Shown in pieces: positions 11,986-25,330 of a stretch of 62,296 bases of DNA (its first letter is position 1; every line of letters begins with the position of its first letter). A program made the position numbers and the translations under genes. Under the pieces are notes generated by a model. The model worked only from the letters and a program-made list of their open reading frames with translations. It was not told the origin of the DNA and did not search any database. This stretch comes from Tubiluchus corallicola. Its lineage: Eukaryota; Animalia; Priapulida. Where the stretch lies: the NCBI GenBank assembly GCA_030141605.1, contig JAQGDQ010000455.1, positions 1 through 62,296 on the forward strand. Direction: 5' to 3'.

Positions 11986-12925
11986 TTTACCCAATTTTAC
12001 AAAAACTTTTGATTTGTTGTGCCAGTTAATCAGTATTCTAGTAAGCCATCAAAGTACAATTTTTTCTAACAAGTTTAGGTACAGTCTACCAGGCAGAGCT
12101 TTATCAAATGCTTTTTGTGTGTTCAAGAATGCCTTATAGACAGGATTATTTTGATGGGATGGATAGAAGATGACACAATCTTTAATATTATAAATGGCAC
12201 GGGAACATATTTACTAATCCTATAACGGAATTGTGTCAAATGACCATATATAATACTAAGAAATTTATGGATTCAATAAAATTATTTTCATTTCCTACAT
12301 TAAGTGACTTTTCACTTTCAGGCGAACAGGCATTAGTGTTCTGAACGAGCATTGTTTCATCAGAATAAAGTTCAATCAACTGAATAAGCCTACTTTATAT
12401 ATACATGTGCTAATGTTTCAGTTGATCCATGACAGCTTACAAAACACTTTAAAAAATAGGAATTGGCGATTACACTATATAGGTAAAGCTCAAACAGCTA
12501 CCGCTATTGAGTTTTTTGCGAGTAGCGGTTATATCGTTGATACTATGTTTAGCCATTTTAGCGTCATTTATAAGTAATCAGGACTCGTGACCACAAAATA
12601 TCTGTAATTTAGGCAGTGTAATAATAGTCATCAGAGGTGTTGCGACTATAATGTGTTGCCATACATCGCTGTCAAGTTATTTGTTGTTTGCAATTGTTAT
12701 TTATTTTGCTCACTTTGGTTGTGTTGGCTTGCTAGAGATATCTTTTTATTGTACTTAATTTTTTGACATTGATCGTCATGTGAGTCTGTGATTGCTGTGA
12801 TATTAAACCTTTATTATAAAGATGCCTTTCACAATTTCTTGCAAAGGAGTATGTATATATAGGCACATTTTCACTCTGTTTTCTATTTCAGGTCAACAGG
12901 TCACATGTATTAGTAGTCAAGTGCA

Positions 12926-15900
12926 ATGCCAGATATTAAAGTTACACCTTTAGGTAAGAACATCATCTTTATTATTTTGTGTACTATGTAAACACTTGAC
13001 AGATGGAAAGTATGTATGTCATTTTGTATATCAGTATGTGGTTGAAGATTGTGACTTAATATCGAAGTATATGTTAAATCATTGTTTAGATACTAATATT
13101 AAATATAAAAAAACTTAAATTTCTCTGGTTCAGTTTACTTTACAAAAGCAGTTTTAACTGGGATGAATTGAACCATTTTTAAAAAGCTATTTGACCAAAA
13201 TGACTTGTTCTAAAAATTATAAAATTTATGCACAAACCTGCAGTCTAAAACAAGTTTCAGTTAAAAATATTGAGTAATTCTGTATTTTTGCTGTTAGAGG
13301 AGTCAGAATTTATCCATTTTCTCTCACTCCTTTAGCAAAGAATTTGTTTCTCAACTCCGAAGCCAACACGCCGGTTTAACTTTTATCATATAAACTGCTG
13401 TCATATTTAAGTTATAATGTCTTGATGTCACGTGGTGTTCAATTCGTCCTTGAATAGTGATGCAAGTAACAAACTCGCATTTATGAGTCCTATCTACACC
13501 TGTGTTGTAAGTTTTTATGTTTTTCGTGAAAAAGGGTAAAGCTGTCATATTGACATCTACCTTCTCCACTTCATCAGATGGGAAACCAGGGTAGATTTAT
13601 GTTAAAAGAGTTAAAAGAAAACCAGACGATTGTGTCAACATTAGTTCAGAATAAAGAATGCTCTAAAATATTGAAAACTACACTAGCTATTTTTGAATCA
13701 AAGTTTAGATTAAATAATAATTACCTTGGATACTCAAATTTCGCTAATTTTCAAAGCTACGCTCGGCTCAGTGACTCTACTAAGATTGGCAACGGCGCCT
13801 TTTTATCACATGCACGTGGCCGACAAATAGAAGAAGGTATTGTGATAACCATGATCATGAACTGCAGTATTAGTTTCTGATGTCATATGATGTAGAGCCC
13901 ATTATAGTGACATCACGCGTTTAAGCAGTACTTTAAAAGATATGCAAACTTGCTTGACGTTCAAGGGACGATGCCTGTTATTGCACAAACTGTGGTTAGT
14001 TTCTGACGTAGGCAGTAACTGTGTTCAGTTGCTGTTAATTAACTTTCTAAGCTAATTATTCAAATATAAGAAACAATTGATAATTTTTATAGGCAAGAAA
14101 ATGTATATTTTGAACAGTAAATTAAAATGAGATTGAGTATAAACAATCATCCGGTTTTCCTTTAAGTGTGATATGGTTTACATTGATCCTACATGATAAT
14201 GTGTGCGTGCTTATTGCTTAGCAATCCATTTGGATTGGAAATTTGTTCATTGTCAGGATCTGTATTAAGCATTGTAAAGAGTCCACTGTCTTTCTGAATC
14301 AAACAAATTTTATGTCTTGGGTTCGAATGTCAGTGGATATGCATCTTTGCGACTGTCTAATTTAGCATTGCTTCATTTGAGACTTTGTAATTGAGTATAG
14401 CATTCAGGTCGACCTCAATACTATGCCTTAATGCAGTTTAGACTGTGATTCCCTGTTGATAGACCTCTTGTTGCTTAAAGGGTAAATTTCTAACTCTCAA
14501 AAATCAGAATGCTGTGTGGTGTAATAGTTAGCATAATTGTCCAGAAAGCAGAAGGTCTTGGGTTTGAGTCCCAGTGGAAAATTTTTCAGACTTCTAATTT
14601 TGTATTGCTTTTGCACATGTATTTTTTTATTTTATTGCGAAAACACCAATGTTATATAATTATAATACACATTTTTTACGGTCTCATGATATATGATTTA
14701 ATAATATTATGATACATTGATAAATTATGAAATACACACCTATTTCTTATCCAATTACACCTGCAGCATGTGGTTAATTAGTATGCTAATTACCTATGTT
14801 TTAGGGGCAGGACAAGATGTAGGCAGGAGTTGTATATTGGTTAGTTTTGCCGGCAAAAACATCATGTTGGACTGTGGCATGCATATGGGTTATAACGATG
14901 ATGTACGTATTGTATACTAAGGTTTCCTTAATTTGGCTAACTACTTCCTGAAAACTCTGTATATAGGACTGCGTGGTGATCCTTGTTAAGTTGTGACTTT
15001 AAGTGTATGTTCATTGCCTTCATTGTTTTTGTGACAGAAGAGATTCCTGTGGAACAGAATCATTCTAGTGTGAGCTGTGTAACATTAAAAATGCTGGTTT
15101 GCCAACTATAAGCGATGAACTTTGAACTACTATGATCACTGATGAACATGTCAGTCCAGTAGTTATGGCATCTGCTTTGTAAGCAAGAAGGAACTTAGTT
15201 CAATTCTAGACTGTATTCCAACTTTTTCACTTTTCCTGTTTTTTAAGCTTGGTTCCAAATTTAATTAGTTATGGGTTTTTACCATCATTACTAACAAGCT
15301 TGACATTAAGATTATAAATAATTAGTATGTGCCACTAACCAGGTGTTACTTGATGCTACCTGACCAGTATGATAACTACACCTGAAATTATTTCTTGTGC
15401 GATTTTTCAGAGACGTTTTCCAGATTTTTCTTTTATTGCAAAGGACAGTCAATTAACAGAACATCTAGACTGCGTGATAATCAGGTAAATATTATTAATG
15501 AGCTGTCGTTTTTTAATATGCTTGAGAGCAATTAGGTTGCACAATTAGCACATAAAATTTAAATTCTATTTTTGGAAAGTATTTTGTTTCTGGGCCCACT
15601 TGGTAACTAAATAGTGTAAGGTTAAAATAGAAAGGCAATCTGAATTATTACACTGCTGTACTTTTTCCAGCCATTTTCATCTGGATCACTGTGGTGCCTT
15701 GCCATACATGACGGAAATGGTCGGGTATGATGGACCCATATATATGACTCATCCAACTAAAGCAATATGCCCCATTTTACTGGTAACAAGGGAACATTTT
15801 ATACAAACACTCATTTTTGCAACAAGGCAGTATTTTACAACAGCTTCATAAACTATTTTAAAAATACACACAATGACATCTAATAATAGTATTTTTACTA

Positions 15901-18900
15901 ATTGACTTCTAGTTAAATCATAAACAAAGCATTACTATTATAGTATTGCTGTTTTGTTTTTTATAATAATAATTACCGCCGTTTGAAGTTTTTTTTGTGA
16001 GATTTGACTGATGATCGGACTGCATCCATATGGTCCAAAGACTGTCCATCTTGTTAAACAAACAGTTTGCTGTTGTAGCTTTCATGTGATCTCTATTAAA
16101 ATTTAATTCTGGCATTTGTTGCATAAATAAATTGCAAAATTAGTATCACTATGCCGATATAAGGGTTATAGCAGTCAACCGCTTGATTATGTACTTTACA
16201 TTTGATGTAAACTTAATTGCTGTTGGCTATATGAGTAAACCTATCCCCTGTGTTTAAATCAGTTTATTGTTTTATTTAGGAAGATTTCAGAAAGCTTGCA
16301 GTGGAGAAGAAAGGAGAAACTAATTTCTTCACTTCTCAAATGATCAAAGATTGTATGAAGAAAGTGACTGCAGTGAATCTTCATCAGACAGTACAGGTGT
16401 TGTTGAACAAAGAATGTTTTATTTTTTTAAAACCACCTTACTTTAGCTAAGACAAAGATAATGTTGAACATTGTAGCACTTACTTGTTTTGTGTAGTAGC
16501 ATTAGGTTTTGTTATGTTTTTATAGGTGGACAATGAGTTGGAGATAAAACCTTACTATGCTGGTCATGTTCTGGGTGCAGCTATGTTTTTTATAAAAGTA
16601 GGAGGACAACAATCTGTATTATACACGGTAAAGGACTAAAAGTAGAACTTTTTGTTATTGTTACTTGTTAAAAAGTATTTTAATATATAAATTGGTATTA
16701 GCACAATTTTTACTCATAACCAGTTATTATTTGTTGATGGATAAATATTGAATGCTTTTTATAGCTGTTTTTTTCGGTATTGGCTTCGCACTAAGACATA
16801 ATTATTTAAACTCAATGAAAAAAACTAGCAAGTGAAAATTAGAATTATTGCCTGCAATTGAAAGGTTAAAAATGCATGTGCTGAGGTCAATAATAATTCA
16901 CTTATTCTTAGCTTAAAATTGTTTTCTGGTGAACTTAAGTATTTGACATAAGGAATTTAAGTATGACATGTTCATTAAATTGCTTACAATCATTAGTTTG
17001 TTGTGTGAGCTAGTTTAATAATAGGTATTAATTTTATATTGAAGAGGTATCACTACCTATCTGTTTTACGTTATTAACCAAATTGTTAATGAGGTTTTAA
17101 TTTTTGGTGTAGTGTGCTTTATAAAATTGCAAAACTGTCTCGCTTTTAATTAGGGTGATTACAATATGACACCAGATCGACATCTCGGCTCTGCATGGGT
17201 TGACAAGTGCCAGCCAGATCTTCTTATTACTGAATCAACATATGCTACAACCATTCGAGACTCTAAGCGATGCCGGGAAAGAGACTTTTTGAAGAAAGTT
17301 CATGACTGTATAGAGAAAGGAGGCAAGGTAATAGGTTCTGTAACATTAAAAAAGCTGCGTCAAGGTAAGCGGAAGTGTTAGTCATGAACAAAACAACTTT
17401 CTCAAAATAGAACATAAAATAATTAATAATTTATGCAATTTCTTCAAATATTACTTTTGGTCATTTACCACAGAGCATCAATTTGTGTAACTCTATTTTT
17501 ATTCTAGGTGTTAATTCCAGTTTTTGCTCTGGGCCGAGCACAGGAGCTATGCATACTCTTGGAAACTTACTGGGACAGAATGAATCTTAAATGCCCAATA
17601 TACTTTTCTATGGGTTTAACTGAAAAGGTTATTAGAATTTGCAGTTAATGTCATGTTTAGTGATGTTTGATATATTTTTGTGCATATTTTGTCAATAAGT
17701 TTCGCATCGGCAAAGCAATGAAGTAAATTATTGGAATTTCCTTCAGTGTTCACTTGAGGCAAGTAGATCTGAAAATAGTTTGTCTTAAATTACTTTTCTT
17801 GACACAGTCAATAATTTTAACAAATTCCAACAAAAATATTATTAAAACGAATATAGTTCAACATTTGGATTGTCTTGGCAATCTTTAACAGACTTTGGTA
17901 CATTAAACCTACATGAACTTTAAATGACAACAATTACTTTGATTTATTCATTTGAAAGAATTAGCAATTTGATATTAAAGTAAACATGTTTTCCCATAAT
18001 GAATGTTCTAGAAATCTTTTACCTTTCTCTTGAAATGTGGTTATTTGTGCAAATCTCTGTTTACAGGCAACTAATTATTATAAAATGTTTATTACGTGGA
18101 CAAATCAGAAGATACGCAAAACATTCGTTCAAAGGAATATGTTTGATTTCAAGCACATAAAGGTATATAGCTAGTAACCAATGCTTGCATGAGTTATCTA
18201 TAGCATTAGAAATTTGGTAAATGGTAAAACTGCAGATGACATGGATCAGTTGCCAAATCTTTTTGTGACAAGCCAAAATTTTTTTAGGTACAAAGGGTAA
18301 AAGCATTGCATTCCAAGTACTTTAACTCCACTTTGAAATGCATTCTGCCTTAAAAACTAATGTCATGCTTCACTGTGTCTAATTAGAGTGCATTAGCTAT
18401 TACATAAGCTGCCTATATAGAATGTAAAGCACAGACTGTCCAAAAATGCCAAATGATTATTTTATCACCTTCTTTGCAAAATTTCAGGCATTTGACAAGT
18501 CTTATACTGATCAGCCTGGTCCAATGGTTGTATTTGCAACACCGGGCATGTTACATGCTGGACAGTCATTGCAGATATTCAAAAGATGGGCACCAAATCC
18601 AAATAACATGGTAAGTACTTCGCATCAGATAGCTTCTTCAGTAGTGATGAAGTTCCTCTTACTAATTCAATTTACTTTATTGGATAAACACACATGTATA
18701 AGGGATTTTTGCCAGCACGTGTAACCGTACATGCGTAAGATACAATAATACAGTGTATTGTTCTCATGCCGGTTATAAGACTAACAGCACAACTGAGTTT
18801 GGCAAAACATTTTTCAGCTACAGACATGAACTTCATAATGCAAAATTTACCGTTGTTGTCTAATTCAATGTCTCACGCATTTTTTAAATTGAGATTTGTA

Positions 18901-21423
18901 AATTGGATGTAACTACTAAAGTCTAAAATCACTGTAATTTTGTTTTTAGATGTAGTAATCAATATTAAAACGTGAAATTTCCCACTTTTTTGTTTGTTTC
19001 TTTTTAATGAAAGTCACACATATTATAAATAATGTAATAGTTGTGTTATTATGAAGTATCTCAGTACTTTATGCATTTTAAGGCAGTCATTTTATGCATG
19101 CTAAGAAAGCCGGACAATAACTACTATAATCATCAGATAATATATTATTTATATGATAGTTTTTATAAAGCTTTGAATTCTTTTCGTGGGTTTTTAACTA
19201 TTGACATGGTTAACAACACGCTAAACGAATTTAAGTGGAAGACAATAAATATTAGAGCTTAATGTATTCAAATTTTAGGTAATAATGCCTGGTTACTGTG
19301 TTGCTGGGACAGTTGGGTCAAAAATTCTAAGTGGAGCAAAAAAAGTCGAGGTGGAACCCAAAGTTACGGTAATGTTTGTCCATCAGCAGAATTCCTCATC
19401 TGCCAAATAGTCTGTGTTAGTTTGTGAATTAAATTCCTCTACACGCTAAGGTGCAATCTTAGTTTGAAAAGTGTTCTGGTCTAATTTGGGTGCATTAGGC
19501 AACCCTACTTAGAATGCCCAGTTTAGACAAAAAATTATGAAAATATGTATCTATAAATAAAGCCTGTGTGACATTAACTGTTCGAGTAAGAGAATTTTAT
19601 GTGGCCACCACGAACATGTGCATCAGCTAAGTTTATTTTCAGATTGAAGTGAAGTTGTCTGTGGAATACATGTCATTCAGTGCACATGCAGATGCAAAGG
19701 GTATCATGCAGCTCATACGATGGGTCCAACCAGCAAATGTCATGCTTGTGCACGGAGAAGGTGTTAAAATGGATTTTCTTAAAGAAAAAATCAAGCAAGA
19801 ATTTAGTGAGTTTCAGAAACTGCGCCTTTTCTCTGGTCAGAAAAAAGTTGGACACTGAACATGTTTTCTAGTTTTGAAGATTAGTTTCAAAATTACCAAA
19901 ACAACCCTTGCCGTTGTGAAAGAAAATATATGAAAGGCTTTAGAACGTCATTTCTACCTCCCCAGCGAGTGCCATTATTAAGTAGTTTTTTGTCTGTTTG
20001 TCTTGTTATGCACATTCTTTTCCCATAGTTTTTCTATGGATTTATAAAAAGATGTCAATTTTCTTATTGAAATTTGCCATAAGGTAAATAATAATTCACA
20101 AGTGGTGCTTGCATTTGTTTCTATACAGTTCTTATTAGACTGAAAAGAGAACTTTACATTCGGAAACAATTATTTTGTGTAAACAATATCAATTTTAATA
20201 GGTATAGACTGCTATAAGCCTGCAAATGGGGAAACGGTTTCCATGACAACACAACCCAACATTCCAGTTGACATATCTTTGAAGTTGCTGAAACGGACAT
20301 TGTCTGATCAGTCGGATGGTCCTGATGCAAAACGGCCATGTGTCATGCACGGTGTCTTGGTGATGAAAGATAGTGTAAGTATCCAGTACTATTCACTGTA
20401 CCCTTACAATTGTTTTGTTTCGATTGTACTCTTACACATATTTGTGTAGTTTTGTCAAGGTATGCTAATAGAGTAGCAATATAAAATAAATGCTATATTG
20501 TTGCACAATAGTACAAGCACACACTTCAAACTCTGTGTGTAACATGAAATGACATATCCTAGAATTATCAATTTCAGAAAATTTTTCCTAATGTTACTTT
20601 CTCTGGAACGTGACCTGAACAAACTAGTGAAAGAATAGTTTGTGACGGGGGAATGGTGGTGTCAGTTTTTTGAAGGGCACAATGCAAAAGCAGTGGAGTG
20701 CCAAAACTCTGAAAAGTATTGATTTGAATTTGTTCACGTGCAAAGACATATCAGAAACATGCAAATTACATAAGAGGAAGTGCATGACATCATGCAAAGG
20801 TTCAATACAGAAATTATGAAACAGTAGGGGATAAGGTGCCAGAGGGATGAAGTGTGATAATGTAAAAAGCTGTAAAACTGGAGGTACTCATTCTCTAATA
20901 AAGAAAAGGTTAGAAAATAGTGCGTGACGAAGTTAGGAAATAGAATTATCAAACAATAAATCACTGACTCATTTGTATATTTAAAAGTAGAGAGCACTGC
21001 AAAGATTTTAGGTTTGTTTAATCTGAAGATAACTTGACAAGAATTTGTGATTTTATGCAACAACTTTTTATTATTACTAGTCACCGATTTTTTTTTCATG
21101 TTTAGACATTGAAACTAGTGCCAGCTGAAGAAGCCATGGAAGAATTTGGACTGACGGAGCACAAGATCAGATTTACATCAACAGTGGCACTGCAGGATGA
21201 GACGCCACCAACAATTGCCACTGATAGAGTTTATCAAGTACTGAAAAGTAATTTAAAGGACTACACTATACAGTTAATGTCTGATGGTAGCATTTCTATT
21301 GATTCTGTTATAATTAAATTGTCAGGTGAAGAAGGAGAAGAGAAAAGTGTGCTAGTGTCGTGGCCCTTTCAAGAAGAGGAACTCGGTAGTTATTTATTGA
21401 ATCTCATACAGGGTATTTCGTGA
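12926..21423 (+). CDS. INTS11: Integrator complex subunit 11 (CPSF73-like metallo-beta-lactamase/beta-CASP endonuclease), ~595 aa, 14 coding exons
   Basis: Exons: 12926-12953, 14805-14902, 15411-15484, 15671-15782, 16280-16396, 16526-16627, 17154-17327, 17508-17627, 18067-18162, 18488-18610, 19279-19368, 19643-19805, 20202-20374, 21106-21423. All introns are GT-AG, phases are consistent and the total is 1788 nt. Protein [19 protein letters not shown]...[12 protein letters not shown]...[11 protein letters not shown]...[12 protein letters not shown]...[17 protein letters not shown] and the N-terminus distinguish INTS11 from CPSF73. Confidence 0.96.
13580..14165. mobile_element. Possible decayed TTAA-type (Kolobok-like) non-autonomous DNA transposon in INTS11 intron 1
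   Basis: Right end CCGGTTTTCCT+TTAA loosely mirrors GGGAAACCAGGGTAGATTTAT at 13580. The left TTAA is not seen. Confidence 0.3.
14511..14580 (+). mobile_element. tRNA-derived sequence (SINE head or tRNA pseudogene)
   Basis: A-box-like TGGTGTAATAGTTAGC and B-box-like GGGTTTGAGTCCC at tRNA spacing, but no intact acceptor stem. A related B-box piece GTCTTGGGTTCGAATGTCAGTGGA lies at 14314-14337. Confidence 0.55.
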
Positions 21424-21524
21424 GTGACTCTGCAATTTTTTTGTACATTTTGACTGTGATAAAAAGCTTTTGCAAAATTAACCAAAATCAACAAAAGAAA
21501 ACAGTTGGTTGAATTAGACATTTT

Positions 21525-22085
21525 GCTTCACTGTTAAGGTTTTATAAAATGTTGGTGAGTTAAGCTGTTAAAAGACATTGAACTGGATAACTGGTTCAAC
21601 GAGTGACAGTCGTGACCAGCTATTGATGTGTTGTGATTAAAAATATTATTGCATGATCAATACAAACGTCTGAGTGTCGCATTACTATTGACATCACTGC
21701 TAGAGTGTATTGTGACCTTACTGTTAAAGTGATTGGGTAGTGATTTCACTATCAACATGACTCAATGGATATTTTCTTGAAAAAGTGAAAGACTGGTAAC
21801 TTCGCTGTCAAAAATACTGGCATGCCAATGTGATTGTTACTTAACTCTTCGGGGACTGATTGGCAAGTTCACTGTCAAAGAGACTGGACAGTGAATTCAT
21901 TGTCAAAGAAACTGAATTGCAATTTTATTGTCAAAGTGGCAAAATCTCGAGTTCATTATGGCGATTTTACTGTCAAAGTGTCCAAATGGCGAGTTTGCTG
22001 TATAAGTGACCAAGTCAAATGGCGAGTTCACTACCAAGGTGCAAAGGTGAACAAATGATGACTTCGTCGTAAAGGTGACAAACTT
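21525..22085. repeat. Degenerate ~28-29 bp minisatellite downstream of the INTS11 stop
   Basis: Core TGTyAAAG recurs at 21722, 21873, 21901, 21929 and 21971, with a TGTCAAAA variant at 21806. Approximate consensus TTCACTGTCAAAGTGACnnnATGGCGAG. Confidence 0.7.
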
Positions 22086-23482
22086 TGTGTTCCAAAAACG
22101 AATTTGTTAATTTCGGAAACAACAGATTGCACTTTCATGCCACCTAATTATCTGGCCTGCTGCAAAATTACATCCTGTGCAATGGTGCCATTGACACTTC
22201 CTGTGCCTTCCATTGGTAGGCAGATTCTGTCACAGGCAGAATGGAAGTGCCTTTGACATTGCTATACTGGGAGAATTTTACATCAGATCATTAAAATCTC
22301 TCACATTCATTATTACCAAGAGTGGATTTCACAATCCAATTAACAAGAGCAGATTACCAGTTTGCATTGGGCCATTTATGTCTTGTTGTCATTGAAAAGT
22401 AGGTAACAATTGAAGTGCAACATGTAGGGCTATTAAAATTTACAAAAGCACTGCATGTGGCAAAAATTGATACTGTTAGTTAGCTGTATTCATGGACAGT
22501 CATGAAAGATTTATGTTGTAACATTTCGAACAAGATAAAATGTCAACTTATTATGTGACGGTTTTGTGCTATAATTGCATTTATATTGATGTGTTGAACA
22601 AGTTACAGATCAAACAACAGATTATGCTTGAAAATATACAACTGAATTACTATAACAAATTACTATAAGTCCTAGCTTAATGTCTCTAAATGCATTCAGA
22701 ATGCAGGAAATGTGTCATTAAATGAATGTCATTAATGAAGCCATGGCATTCAGTTATGTTCAGGGACAAAAAATCAATAATGCTCAGCTCATAAGTCAAA
22801 CGCTTAAAGAAACTTTTTGTTTACAAATTATACATCGTTTGTTTACTAAATACAAAATTATATTCCTAGTTATGAAAGAAAGCCCATCATCTTTTTTTTG
22901 GGAAAAACAATCAGAGAGAAAACAGGCATAAAACTTTTTACAATTAATTAGTTAAACCTTCATTTGCTGCTGTGAAATATGTGAATGAATTAGAGACTTT
23001 TGATGTTGACATAAACCTTGGGTGTATTTTTTGGGTATCCCTGTGTATCTTACATTTGAAGAGAAGCCATACTTCAAACGGTTGAAACCACGATACTTGG
23101 TCTAGAAGAGAAAAATTCAAGAAAGGTACGGTGACTGAAGTTTCAAAACCAAACAAATCAGGTAACCCAAATACCAGTTCACACAAAGAAATGAGACAAT
23201 CTTAGAATTTCTCTGGAGTTTGCAACTTTGAATAAGGTCTTAATGAAAGAGTTGCAAGCGTTGTGGAGTTCGTCCGAGAACAGTTTATCGACTTTGACTT
23301 CAAGAGTTCTTAAAATTTTGGCTTGGTCTTACTTCGATTCCTAACTTTAACAAATTTCATTAAAATTCAACCAGTTCCAGAGGATTTTTAATTAAGAACC
23401 TTTAATAAAGATAATATGAATGTTTAAGGCCGGAATAGGCCTATTTTAATCATTTTTAACACAATTAATTAAAATGCAATTA

Positions 23483-23962
23483 CCGTATTTTCCCGTGTAT
23501 AAGAGACCCTTTTTTGCTCAGAATTTTCACTTTAAAAATAGGGGGTCTCTTATACATGGGAGTAAGTCTTTTCAATAAGATGCATAAATTGTGACACTAA
23601 TGATTTTAAAGAAATAAGTGCTCTACAACTGTTTTATTTCGAATAATTATAGTTTCCTTTCAATAAATCTTCTCCATGGCTAAATTCTAATGATAAAATT
23701 AATGTACCGGGTAAGTTATTATTTTTTTAAATGTCAAAAGAGGACAATGCCATTTTTGAGCAGAGTGACTCTGATGATGAACTGGCTGGAATTGCTGAAG
23801 GTCTGACTCCAGTTGATATTTTTGATGAGAGTGATGAGGAATTTAATGATTTCTATGATGAATAAAGTTATTCATTACCAAAAAACTTTTTTCCAGAATT
23901 TTTGCCTAAAAATTGAAGGGGTCTCTTATACACAAGGGTCTCTTATACATGGGAAAATACGG
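23483..23962. mobile_element. Tc1/mariner-pogo type MITE with TA TSD
   Basis: TIRs CCGTATTTTCCCrTGTATAAGAGACCCT at both ends, flanked by TA, with internal repeats of GGGTCTCTTATACA. It retains an acidic transposase-tail-like ORF at 23731-23865. Confidence 0.92.
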
Positions 23963-24422
23963 TAATTGTAGATAAATGTTTCACTTTTGCCTTTAATACT
24001 GCTACATTGCCTTAAAATGTACTGCGTTAAACTGAAATTGGTCAGATAATTCAGGCTCCGATTTGTTAAACTCCTCGTCTGTAACTCCACAGCATGCTAC
24101 CGATGTTAGAAGCAAAAGTATAACCAAGGTGGGCGATCTTGAATTTCTCAATATAGTAAATGAAAATCATACGATAATAAGTTGACTGAAAATTTATTTA
24201 TGTATTTCACCTCTTCAAGAACGTCTGAAGCTGTGTATAATTGATTCAATAAACAACTGCAATCATATGAATATCAGTATTAAAAAGAACTCGAGATAAA
24301 TTTTGTACTCATTTCTCTCTTTTTGCTGCCAAAAAATACAATTCTGATGTATAATACCGAGTGAGCTTGAGTTCACTTTGTATTGAGTGAAAGTCTTATT
24401 AAACGTTTGGACTTATTAAACA

Positions 24423-25106
24423 TTACTTGTTCTTTTTCACTGGAGGATCACAAAAACTAACAAACGTTCCATCATTTGACCACATACATTCCATGGTGAG
24501 CTTAAATAGCGCCATCTCATTGCCAAAAAGTTTCAAAATTCTTGCTTGCTCTGAGCTCAAAACATCTCCCTTTTTACAAACTACATAATCATCTTGTAAA
24601 GTAATTGTCCCCTTCTGCAATGTAGTAGGTAATCCAAGTTGTCTCAATTGGGGTTCCATCGCATGAGAAAATTGTTCCAATGGTCCTTTCTTTAAAACCA
24701 CAGAGTTATTCGCTCTGTACTGTGCTCTAGCATAATCAGGTTCAGAATAGTTGTTGAAATACTCAAGAACATGATCTTTTTGTTCATTGGTAAATAGTAA
24801 TCCACGCTGGTCCCTTAACCATGAGCTGATTCTATAGACATTGTTCCGGTATTCTGACTCTGGGGATCGTCCAAGTGCAAAGGCAATAACATTGTTCTTG
24901 CCAAAAAAGAATCTACTATGCCTCCATTCTGTTCTTAATTCCTTCAGCTTGTTATTTCGCATGTTTTCAACAGAGAAAACAAATATTCTGGCGTACTTAT
25001 CAACACAAGCACGTACTTCGTCCACAAGATTTTGTTTAAACTCTAGACCTGGCTTCTTCTTTGTTTGAGTTAATGAAGTCTTCTTGTCTCTCTTAGATTT
25101 TGGCAT
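24423..25106 (-). CDS. MRTO4: mRNA turnover protein 4 homolog / ribosome assembly factor Mrt4 (uL10 paralog), 227 aa, intronless CDS
   Basis: MPKSKRDKKTSLTQT...FVFSVENMRNNKLKELRTEWRHSRFFFGKN...GLLFTN...DYARA...GPLEQFSHAMEPQLRQLGLPT...EQARILKLFG is a full-length Mrt4 signature. Confidence 0.97.
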   Translation of the reverse strand: MPKSKRDKKTSLTQTKKKPGLEFKQNLVDEVRACVDKYARIFVFSVENMRNNKLKELRTEWRHSRFFFGKNNVIAFALGRSPESEYRNNVYRISSWLRDQRGLLFTNEQKDHVLEYFNNYSEPDYARAQYRANNSVVLKKGPLEQFSHAMEPQLRQLGLPTTLQKGTITLQDDYVVCKKGDVLSSEQARILKLFGNEMALFKLTMECMWSNDGTFVSFCDPPVKKNK

Positions 25107-25256
25107 TGTGTAACACTAGCTTTAAAAAGTATAATTACAAACAAGGTGTGAAGGTAAACAACATCAGACTTTCCTCCGAGTCACTTGGAATTTGTTGGAA
25201 AATTAAAAAACTAAGCAGTGAACGTCTAATATTTGAGAATTTGTAAAATTTTGTAT

Positions 25257-25262
25257 CACGTG
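25257..25262. promoter_or_regulatory. E-box CACGTG ~150 bp upstream of the MRTO4 ATG
   Basis: Motif seen directly. Function inferred only from position (ribosome biogenesis genes are typical Myc targets). Confidence 0.35.
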
Positions 25263-25330
25263 GTTGCGTCTGTGAAACAAAGAAGAGAAATCTTTGCATA
25301 TGTTGCCAAAACGAGAAAAATGGTTGAAAG

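Noticed and set aside
21525-22085. CRISPR-like appearance of the periodic array
   Set aside because: Units are degenerate and contiguous with no unique spacers, the context is eukaryotic, and there are no cas genes.
22940-23340. ORF 22944..23186 as an extra gene between INTS11 and MRTO4
   Set aside because: No recognisable homology, no ATG start, and no supporting exons.
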